Shown piece after piece: positions 50,798-58,592 of a stretch of 64,000 nucleotides of DNA (positions are counted from its first letter, which is position 1; the number at the start of each line of letters is the position of its first letter). Both the position numbers and the translations under genes were made by a program. The stretch is taken from the NCBI GenBank assembly GCA_047947115.1, contig CP170459.1:1024001-1088000 (forward strand). Reading direction: 5' to 3'. This DNA is from Verrucomicrobiota bacterium. GTDB taxonomy: Bacteria; Verrucomicrobiota; Verrucomicrobiia; Limisphaerales; AAA164-E04. Under the pieces are notes generated by a model that saw nothing but the letters and a program-made list of their open reading frames with translations, was not told where the DNA came from and made no database searches.

Positions 50798-51193
50798 TCA
50801 CTCGGTCTCTATTTCAAGAGGATAGTGGTCTGCTATGTATGAAAAATCCCGATCTCGATGGAGCACAGTTGCACCGAATTCCATCGCTATGGCGGCGATT
50901 AAACAATCGGTGATACTTCGGATCTGGATTCCATTCCTTTGGAGACCTTTATAGATGTCTGCAGCAAACATGATTGAAGATCGATTCTGTGGCAGAATAA
51001 TGAGTTTGCCAAAGTCCGCTTCTATTTTGCTTCGGTCAAAGGAATTTCGCAATCCTTGAACAATTTCCAACAGGATCAGATCGATATACGCAACCGCTTC
51101 CCGGCTTGCTAATTTTTGTTTTAAGCAATTACTTGCCCAATTATTTCGACCAGAGAGAAAGTCTATCCAAACACTGGTGTCGACGAGGACCAT
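50798..51193 (-). CDS. PIN-domain VapC toxin
   Basis: LVDTSVWID, EIVQG, RSITDCLIAA, LHRDRDF. Confidence 0.92.
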   Translation of the reverse strand: MVLVDTSVWIDFLSGRNNWASNCLKQKLASREAVAYIDLILLEIVQGLRNSFDRSKIEADFGKLIILPQNRSSIMFAADIYKGLQRNGIQIRSITDCLIAAIAMEFGATVLHRDRDFSYIADHYPLEIETE

Positions 51194-51195
51194 GA

Positions 51196-51396
51196 TCAGA
51201 ACCTGGGCTTGCGAAGCTCATTTAAATCCCCTTGCCATCGGAATTTGCCTTCAAGGGCTAAAAGATCGTTTTGCTGCTCTCGAGCCACCAGTTCTCTGAG
51301 GGCAAGATCTACAAGCTCACGCTTAGTGCGTAAACCCGTAATTCTTAACCCATCCTGGACCAATGTATCTTCAATATATATGTTTGTTCGTCCCAT
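51196..51396 (-). CDS. VapB-family antitoxin
   Basis: MGRTNIYIEDTLV...TKRELVDLALREL...WQGDLNELR. Confidence 0.9.
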   Translation of the reverse strand: MGRTNIYIEDTLVQDGLRITGLRTKRELVDLALRELVAREQQNDLLALEGKFRWQGDLNELRKPRF

Positions 51397-51424
51397 ACAC
51401 CAAAAACCGCCATTTTGGTGTATG
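51394..51424. promoter_or_regulatory. Putative VapB operator
   Basis: Perfect 12-bp IR CATACACCAAAA / TTTTGGTGTATG overlapping the start codon. Confidence 0.65.
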
Positions 51425-51523
51425 TTGTCAATAAGTCTTAGCATCGAATGACCACGCAAAACTAAGGATTCTTTGTAACCTTTGCTCGGGGATTCCTAGT
51501 GTATAGGATGAAAGGAATCAAAC

Positions 51524-53638
51524 ATGGCATCCGAAACAAAATGTTCCAACTGTGGCAAAGTGATTGGCGAAAGCGCTCCGGCAGGCTTGTGCCCCGAATG
51601 TCTGCTCAAGGGTGGTCTGGAAACTGGCATGGATTTGGGAGACGAAACGCAAGCCATCACCGGTGATAAAAAGGAGCGATTTGTCCCTCCAACGGCATCC
51701 GAACTGGAACCTTTGTTCCCACAACTGGAAATTCTGGAACTGATCGGCCAAGGTGGAATGGGAGCCGTCTACAAAGCACGCCAAAAAGAACTCGACCGCA
51801 TCGTCGCGCTGAAAATTCTGCCACCCGATATCGGACAAGATGAAGCCTTCGCAGAACGCTTTTCCCGTGAAGCCAAAGCCCTCGCAAAACTGAACCACCC
51901 GGGCATCGTCACCATCCACGATTTTGGAAAAGTAAATCTAAAGACACCTCCAGACGGTAGGGCCCCGCTGCTGCAGGGCCGCGACGCGACCAAGGATGAA
52001 CAAACAGACCAAACCACATCCACCGTCCCAACCACTCCCCTCTACTTTTTCCTCATGGAATTCGTGGACGGCGTCAACATCCGCCAACTCCTCGACGGCG
52101 GCCGGGTTTCCCCCCGAGAAGCGTTGGCCATCGTTCCACAAATATGCGACGCGCTTCAATTCGCGCACGATCACGGCATCGTCCACCGTGATATCAAACC
52201 CGAAAACATCCTCATGGACCGCCGCGGCAACGTCAAAGTCGCCGATTTCGGTCTCGCCAAAATCGTTGCAAACTGGGATTCCAGATCGGATTCCCAATCC
52301 ATGGAAAATGAAACATCCTCAGAGCCCTCATCCTCCCTCACCGTTTCCGGAAGAATCATGGGCACCCCCAAATACATGTCGCCGGAACAAATCAAAGCAC
52401 CGGGAGAAGTGGATCACCGGGCCGACATCTACGCGCTGGGTGTGGTGCTCTACCAAATGCTGACGGGCAAACTTCCGGACAAACAATGGCAGCCTCCCTC
52501 GAAAAAAGTGAGCGTGGATGTCCGGCTCGACGAAATCGTCCTTCGCGCCCTGGATCAGGATCCCAACCTGCGCTATCAAAGCGTCAGCGAATTCAAAACC
52601 CAGATCGATACCCTCTCTGAATCGACTGACGAAGTTGTCAAAGCAAAACCAGACACTCATGCAGAACACGAGACTGCACCCTATCCCCTCGAACCCTGGA
52701 TGCAGCAATGGATCGCCAAGCCGACGGCCCGCCGACTCCAAATGTTCAAACTCATGCTTCTGGCGGGATTTGGGATGTCCTTGGTGTTTTGCTTTCCAAC
52801 AAGGGATATCAGCAGAGATGTTGTCGAAACCTGGAGTTTCGGTCTGGGCGATCCCTGGTTCGAATCCATCCGCAACTATGCCAAAGGTCACAACATTGGC
52901 AAACTCCACTTTGGAACAAAGAGTTTTCTGGTGGGATGTATGGCCTGTTTGCATTGGATCTGGTTCACCATGCTGGTTCGAACCGAATGGCTGGCAGGAA
53001 ATCGACTACCCAAGGAGGACGTTGTCTTCACTTGGGAACTGATTCGAGTCGAAAACGGCACTCCAAACATTGACTGGCGCCGCATCATTCTGAGCGGAGC
53101 CATCGCATGCACCATTGCTTGCGTGGCATCCTGCATGTTCGTTGTGCTGATGCAGGTGGCTCTCGGAGGCGCACCTTCTCCCGGCACGGTCATGATCTGG
53201 AATTCCATCATGGCCTGTGGATTCATCGGATTCATGGTAAAGAGGTCTTTGAACCAAAGCACACCTCCCAAATTCCCGGGAAGCAGCGCAAGAGCGGTAC
53301 AGGCATTTTGGGATTTGATGGAAAGGGGAGCATATGAAAAGTGCTGGTTCGTATCAGCGCCTGCTTTCAAAGAAACGCAACAACAGGAAAGATGGATTCA
53401 AAAAATGGAAACCGAAAGGAAGCCATTTGGCAAAGCAACCACACGCAAGACACTTTCGCTGGAATTCATTGAACCAAACATTCGATTTGAGCAGCACATT
53501 TTGACTGAATTTGAAAACGGGAAGTCGGCTCAAGAATCCATCCTCTGCGGTCGACAACCGGATGGGGATGTGGTGGGAAGGCATTCGTATCCATTTCAGT
53601 CAATCAAGAAAGCTTGGCCGAAAGACACTTCGATGTGA
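51524..53638 (+). CDS. Hanks-type Ser/Thr kinase with N-terminal zinc finger, TM helices and a DUF4019-like C-terminus
   Basis: CSNC...CPEC, GQGGMGAVY, VALK, HRDIKPEN, DFGLAK, GTPKYMSPE, DIYALG. Confidence 0.93.
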   Translation: MASETKCSNCGKVIGESAPAGLCPECLLKGGLETGMDLGDETQAITGDKKERFVPPTASELEPLFPQLEILELIGQGGMGAVYKARQKELDRIVALKILPPDIGQDEAFAERFSREAKALAKLNHPGIVTIHDFGKVNLKTPPDGRAPLLQGRDATKDEQTDQTTSTVPTTPLYFFLMEFVDGVNIRQLLDGGRVSPREALAIVPQICDALQFAHDHGIVHRDIKPENILMDRRGNVKVADFGLAKIVANWDSRSDSQSMENETSSEPSSSLTVSGRIMGTPKYMSPEQIKAPGEVDHRADIYALGVVLYQMLTGKLPDKQWQPPSKKVSVDVRLDEIVLRALDQDPNLRYQSVSEFKTQIDTLSESTDEVVKAKPDTHAEHETAPYPLEPWMQQWIAKPTARRLQMFKLMLLAGFGMSLVFCFPTRDISRDVVETWSFGLGDPWFESIRNYAKGHNIGKLHFGTKSFLVGCMACLHWIWFTMLVRTEWLAGNRLPKEDVVFTWELIRVENGTPNIDWRRIILSGAIACTIACVASCMFVVLMQVALGGAPSPGTVMIWNSIMACGFIGFMVKRSLNQSTPPKFPGSSARAVQAFWDLMERGAYEKCWFVSAPAFKETQQQERWIQKMETERKPFGKATTRKTLSLEFIEPNIRFEQHILTEFENGKSAQESILCGRQPDGDVVGRHSYPFQSIKKAWPKDTSM

Positions 53639-53885
53639 AAGCCCTTAACAAATTCGGTTTCATTAAAAACAGAATAAGCCTCAGTTCAAACGGTTTTGTT
53701 GGAGCCGAAACCCGCATGGATACTTTCCATTTTGATCAACCACTTTCCGAAATCAAAACATTCCTCATGGGATCACGCCCCTATCGCACCAACATCTGGC
53801 GAAATGTTCCTTTGCCCAAATCAATCCGGCAAATTGAGCAAGGTTCGTTGAAAACGAACCCAACGATTCAATAATTGAGCGCCTA

Positions 53886-54329
53886 TCAAAAACTTGTAGG
53901 ATTGATCACTTTGAAACCCGTCAAAGACGCCAATTGCAATTGCCTTTTGTCAGAAGAAACGAAATTATCTGCCTTCAATAGGACAGCACAAGCAACATGC
54001 AATGTATCCAAGGTACGACACCCTGAGGAAGGTGCATATTCCATGGCAAGCGAACGACACATCCGCCATGCTTCAGGCCAATCCACTCCTTTGAAAGTAA
54101 GCACACCTTTATTTCGATCCTCATCAATGGAGGAAAGCAACCGCTCTACCTGTAATGTGCTACATTCTCCTCGATACTTTTTCAACGTGATGGCAGCGGT
54201 CATCTCACTCAAATGAAAATCGTTGATTAAAATAGGCTCACCATCGTCCAAAACAAAAGAACGAACGACTTCCGACTCGGGTTCTTCAGTATACAGTTTG
54301 ATGATTATCCCCGTGTCATAATAACGCAT
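53886..54329 (-). CDS. PIN-domain VapC toxin
   Basis: YYDTGIIIKLY..E..S, RTLDTLHVACA, FVSSDKRQ. Confidence 0.9.
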   Translation of the reverse strand: MRYYDTGIIIKLYTEEPESEVVRSFVLDDGEPILINDFHLSEMTAAITLKKYRGECSTLQVERLLSSIDEDRNKGVLTFKGVDWPEAWRMCRSLAMEYAPSSGCRTLDTLHVACAVLLKADNFVSSDKRQLQLASLTGFKVINPTSF

Positions 54330-54571
54330 TACCAATCTCCTCGCGTTTCATTGAGGAGATCATCAGAGGACGTGCCTTGTGTTGCTCCCCCCCAAATACT
54401 TCTTGCTCGTTCTCCAAAATCCGGAAATTGGACCTTTTCAGGCTGTTCAGGTGGAAGGAGCCGAGCAACAAGTTTTTTGCGTCGAGTAATGCCTACTTCA
54501 TAACCGGCTTCTACTTCTCGCAAAACACTCGCGAGATTATGTTGAGCCTGCATGATTGAGTATTTCTTCAT
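54329..54571 (-). CDS. Phd/YefM-family antitoxin
   Basis: SIMQAQHNLASVLREVEAG.EV.ITRRKKLVARL; TAATG overlap with the toxin. Confidence 0.88.
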   Translation of the reverse strand: MKKYSIMQAQHNLASVLREVEAGYEVGITRRKKLVARLLPPEQPEKVQFPDFGERARSIWGGATQGTSSDDLLNETRGDW

Positions 54572-54676
54572 AACGCATAAAAATAACGCATGCAACGACT
54601 GTGTCAATTTGTAATGCACGACAATGCCTTTTGCAAATAACTTGAACCTTCCCACCCAACCATCAACCATACCCAC

Positions 54677-55342
54677 ATGAACCTTGAAACCTGGACCAAC
54701 ATAGATGCCTACTTCACCGACCTATTGCACGACAGTGACCCTATCCTGGATACCGTCCTGGCTGATAGCGCAAAAGCGGGACTCCCGGAAATTCAAGTCT
54801 CCGTTCCCCAGGGAAAATGGCTCCACTTGATGGTTCAACTCTCCGGTGCCAAACGCGTCCTCGAACTGGGAACCCTCGGCGCCTACAGCACCATCTGGAT
54901 GGCCAGAGCCCTTCCAAGCGACGGACGCCTGATCGCCCTCGAAGTCGAACCCCTACACGTCCAAGTCTCCCGACAAAACCTCGCCCACGCAGGTCTCTCG
55001 GAAAAAGTCGACGTGATGGAAGGGGCCGCACTCGATACTTTGCAACAACTCATCGAACAAAACGTGGAACCCTTCGATTTCGTCTTCCTCGACGCCGACA
55101 AAGAAAACTACCCGAACTATCTCCCGGGCATCCTTCAACTCATGCATACGGGCTCCGTCCTTATCGCAGACAATGTTGTCCGAGACGGAGCCGTCATCGA
55201 ACCAGACCATACCGATTCCAGAGTCCAAGGCGTCCGGCAATTCAACCAACTGGTGGCGGACAATCCCACCATCAACGCCACCGGCATCCAAACCGTGGGA
55301 ACCAAAGGCTACGACGGCTACCTGATTGGCAGAATATCTTAA
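54677..55342 (+). CDS. SAM-dependent O-methyltransferase (caffeoyl-CoA/COMT type)
   Basis: RVLELGTLGAYST, FDFVFLDADK, ADNV. Confidence 0.93.
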   Translation: MNLETWTNIDAYFTDLLHDSDPILDTVLADSAKAGLPEIQVSVPQGKWLHLMVQLSGAKRVLELGTLGAYSTIWMARALPSDGRLIALEVEPLHVQVSRQNLAHAGLSEKVDVMEGAALDTLQQLIEQNVEPFDFVFLDADKENYPNYLPGILQLMHTGSVLIADNVVRDGAVIEPDHTDSRVQGVRQFNQLVADNPTINATGIQTVGTKGYDGYLIGRIS

Positions 55343-55348
55343 GAGTTG

Positions 55349-55396
55349 ATTTGCATTGTTTTTTGTTTCACAATGAATGCAGCAAACAATGCAAAT
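55349..55396. promoter_or_regulatory. Putative antitoxin operator
   Basis: Perfect 13-bp IR ATTTGCATTGTTT / AAACAATGCAAAT upstream of the AbrB-like gene. Confidence 0.6.
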
Positions 55397-55407
55397 GCAC
55401 TAAAGTC

Positions 55408-55650
55408 ATGATTCAATCCACACTAACCGACCGTTGGCAGACCACCATTCCCTCTGTAGTAAGGAATGCCCTTCAGCTGAAACCCAGGCAACGACTCATT
55501 TACGAATTGGTGGATGGTGCAGTTCTAATCAAGCCCCAACCGGAAACTCTTAATGACCTTTACGGATGTCTAGCTGACGACCAACCAACTCTCTCCAAAT
55601 CAGAAGAACGAGAAAAAGCCCGCCAAGCCAGGGCCGGAAAATATAAATGA
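55408..55650 (+). CDS. AbrB/MazE/SpoVT-family antitoxin
   Basis: STLTDRWQTTIPSVVRNALQLKP; ATGA overlap with the PIN gene. Confidence 0.88.
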   Translation: MIQSTLTDRWQTTIPSVVRNALQLKPRQRLIYELVDGAVLIKPQPETLNDLYGCLADDQPTLSKSEEREKARQARAGKYK

Positions 55651-56057
55651 CAAAATATCTCCTGGACGCAAATGTCCTCATCCGTTTTTTAAGAGGAGAT
55701 CATTCAAAACACGCTGCAGCAGCTCAAAGCCTGTTCTCCGAAGCGTGTGCAGGAAACTGTTCCCTGATCTTAACGGAAGTAGTCGTCGCAGAAACAGTAT
55801 GGGTACTGAACTCGGTATATAGCGTCGATCGAAGAAGAATAGCGCTGGGCATCCAAAAAGTCATTCTAAGTGCCGGAGTGCGCTGCATCAATCGAAACGA
55901 AATGATCGACGCTCTGGACCGCTTTGCATCCACTAAGTGTGATTTTATCGATTGCTACCTGGCGGCACTGGCCGCTCAATCTGGGGATCATGTCGCGTCC
56001 TTTGACAAGGACTTCAAACGTTTTCCTGACGTACAGCGATGGAATCATCAAACATGA
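55647..56057 (+). CDS. PIN-domain VapC toxin
   Basis: LLDANVLIRFL, AETVWVL, DFIDCYL, SFDKDF. Confidence 0.92.
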   Translation: MTKYLLDANVLIRFLRGDHSKHAAAAQSLFSEACAGNCSLILTEVVVAETVWVLNSVYSVDRRRIALGIQKVILSAGVRCINRNEMIDALDRFASTKCDFIDCYLAALAAQSGDHVASFDKDFKRFPDVQRWNHQT

Positions 56058-56170
56058 AGTAACAGAACGAAGTTCGATGACAGGCCAATTTGTGTCAACA
56101 GGTTGGCCTGCCCCCAGGAAGGAGGCTTGCATGAGAGGTGGGTTTTGGATCAGAGTATATAGCGATACGG

Positions 56171-56599
56171 ATGCATGTCTCCAAAACCATTACCAACTCA
56201 TTCCATGATTTTCATTTGTTCGAAATCAGCAAAACCACGCATCACCCCGAGAAACGTGGCCCTTTCATGGTCTCCCAAAGCGGCAGCGCTCCCGGTGATC
56301 CCGAACTGCGGGAGTGCACCTTTGTGCTGACCAAGCGCGGCACCTGGATGCATCTTTATATCTTTTTCCTCATGTCTCACGAATTGCGTCACCGTGTGGC
56401 CGTCTTTGATTCGGTCGCCAAAGTCATGGAACTGGCCGAAACACTGGTCGGAAAACCCGTGGTGGAAACCATGGAATCCCTTCCCGAATTGCTGAACGAT
56501 TCCGGGTTCAATCCAGCACACGAAGATCCGGTCAGTTCCGCGCTGATAGAAAAAGTCCGTAAGAAACATCCCAAAGGATTGCCTCCTTCTTTCGGGTGA
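56171..56599 (+). CDS. Hypothetical protein
   Basis: Open frame filling the gap between co-oriented genes; start inferred. Confidence 0.55.
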   Translation: MHVSKTITNSFHDFHLFEISKTTHHPEKRGPFMVSQSGSAPGDPELRECTFVLTKRGTWMHLYIFFLMSHELRHRVAVFDSVAKVMELAETLVGKPVVETMESLPELLNDSGFNPAHEDPVSSALIEKVRKKHPKGLPPSFG

Positions 56600-56643
56600 A
56601 TCCGGATTGATTATTGCAGGGTCTATGATTCAATGAACGCATC

Positions 56644-56949
56644 ATGTTAGTCGTTCACGTATTTGTTCACGTCAAAGAAGACCAGGTGGAAGCGTTTAAA
56701 GCAGCCACACTGGAAAATGCGCGCAACAGTGTTCAAGAAACCGGCATAGCTCGATTCGACGTCGTCCAGCAGCAGGACGACCCAACCCGATTCGTGCTGG
56801 TGGAAGCCTATCGGGATGCGGAAGCGCCGGCTCGGCACAAGGAAACCCAGCATTATCTCACCTGACGTGAAACGGTGGAAACCATGATGGCCGAACCGCG
56901 TCACAGCATCAAATTTGAAAACTGTTTCCCCGGCGACGATGCCTGGTAG
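56644..56949 (+). pseudogene. LsrG/ABM-family putative monooxygenase/isomerase with an internal TGA
   Basis: [17 protein letters not shown]...[21 protein letters not shown]...FPGDDAW*; TGA at 56863-56865. Confidence 0.85.
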
Positions 56950-58105
56950 GCCACCATTTGATTTTACCACGGCAGGACGCATTGTCTTTGGATGGGACCG
57001 CCTGCAGGAACTGCCAAAACTGGCAGCCGGGTTTGGGTCGCGCGTGCTGTTGGTTTGCGGCAGCAAGCCGAAACGCATTCAACCTTGCCTGCAAATTCTC
57101 GAACAGAATCATTGCAGGGTCGAGTGCTTCCAGGTTTTGAACGAACCCTCCATAGACACCATTGAAGCTGGCAGCCGGAAAGCCCGCGAAGGATTTGACT
57201 GGGTATTGGGGATGGGTGGAGGCAGCGTGCTCGACGCCGCAAAAGCCATCGCCATCATGACCCGACAATCCGGCGAGGTCATGGATTACCTGAAAGTCAT
57301 TGGCCACGGCAAACCTTTCCAATCACCAGGCCTCCCCATGGTCGCTGTGCCCACCACAGCGGGCACCGGATCCGAAGTCACGCGCAACGCCGTCCTTTCT
57401 TCCAACGAACACAAAGTCAAAGTCAGCATGCGGCATCCCTCCATGCTGCCCGATATGGCGCTGGTGGATCCGGCCCTGACCGTTTCATGCCCACCGACTA
57501 TCACAGCTGCGACAGGGCTGGACGCATTGACTCAGCTGATCGAACCATTCCTATCGTGCAAATCCAATCCGATGACGGACGCCTTTTGCCGACAGGGCAT
57601 TCCACTCGCCGCACAATCCATCCGAACCGTCGTGGAAAAACCCGAAGACAAACAGGCCAGAACCGACATGGCGCTTGCCAGTTTGCTTGGAGGTTTGGCC
57701 CTGGCCAATGCTGGGCTGGGTGCGGTGCACGGCATCGCCGGGCCATTTGGCGGCATGTTCCCGGGTGCGCCCCATGGGGCCATTTGTGCGGCGCTTCTTC
57801 CAGGTTCATTGGAAGTAAACCACCGGGTCATCAAAGACCGTCACCCGGATCACGCATGCCTTCAGCGCTTCGATGAATTGGCCAGAATGATAAACGGCGA
57901 AGCTCACGCGTCTTTTGAGAGCATGTTGAACTGGGTGGTCGAAACGATAGTCAAGTTAAACATCCCAGGCTTGGGAACATACGGGTTCAGCAACGAGCAC
58001 CTGCCGGACCTGATCCAAAAATCAAAAAATGCCAGCAGCATGAAAGGCAATCCCATCGAACTGACCCACAACGAAATCCAAACAATCCTCCAAAAAGCCG
58101 TCTAA
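56939..58105 (+). CDS. Iron-containing alcohol dehydrogenase
   Basis: GGGSVLDAAK, PTTAGTGSEVT, DALTQ, GAVHG, HGAICA. Confidence 0.93.
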   Translation: MPGRPPFDFTTAGRIVFGWDRLQELPKLAAGFGSRVLLVCGSKPKRIQPCLQILEQNHCRVECFQVLNEPSIDTIEAGSRKAREGFDWVLGMGGGSVLDAAKAIAIMTRQSGEVMDYLKVIGHGKPFQSPGLPMVAVPTTAGTGSEVTRNAVLSSNEHKVKVSMRHPSMLPDMALVDPALTVSCPPTITAATGLDALTQLIEPFLSCKSNPMTDAFCRQGIPLAAQSIRTVVEKPEDKQARTDMALASLLGGLALANAGLGAVHGIAGPFGGMFPGAPHGAICAALLPGSLEVNHRVIKDRHPDHACLQRFDELARMINGEAHASFESMLNWVVETIVKLNIPGLGTYGFSNEHLPDLIQKSKNASSMKGNPIELTHNEIQTILQKAV

Positions 58106-58252
58106 CAATTCCCCAAGGTAGAAATTGGTCGTCCCTGACTCGTTCCTCAGAGCTCACCAACAGACAAATGCCTCCCAAAGGGAAACCCAAAAATCTTCAC
58201 GCATCCGATGACATGAGGTCAATGAAGTCTTGGGAGGTTATTGAGGGTATCC

Positions 58253-58519
58253 CGACTCATCCCATGAGCGTCAGGAAAAAAACGTTTTTGACATCCTTGG
58301 CGTCGTTGCGCCTGCGCGCCTTTGCGATAAAAACCAGCAGCCATTGACAACTTTTTGAACTTTCAAAGGTTCGATTCAAGAATCTCTCACGCTGATAAGT
58401 GCAAAACTGGAATGGATAACCAAAGGAGAATTTGACCCCTTCCATCAGTTTTCTCGCAAAGGCGCCAAGACTGCGAAGGGCGCAAAGTTTTTTAGAGCAC
58501 ACCCAACTGGAATGAGTCG
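58253..58519. repeat. Long imperfect inverted-repeat element (MITE-like)
   Basis: Outer CGACTCATCCCA / TGGAATGAGTCG; inner GCGCCTTTGCGATAAAAAC / GTTTTCTCGCAAAGGCGC. Confidence 0.55.
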
Positions 58520-58592
58520 TTGAAACCGTGTTTGCAAAGGATTTGGTATTCGAAACCCAACATACATCCGTTCATCGTTTGATTCTTTTCGA

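Noticed and set aside
54817..55407. Long Arg-rich N-terminal extension on the AbrB antitoxin ORF
   Set aside because: It is an alternative frame of the methyltransferase gene; the real start is 55408, after the operator
56863..56865. Selenocysteine or genome-wide TGA=Trp recoding
   Set aside because: The position corresponds to Trp rather than Cys, no convincing SECIS is visible, and TGA terminates many clear genes here (pfk, the GHMP kinase, galU)
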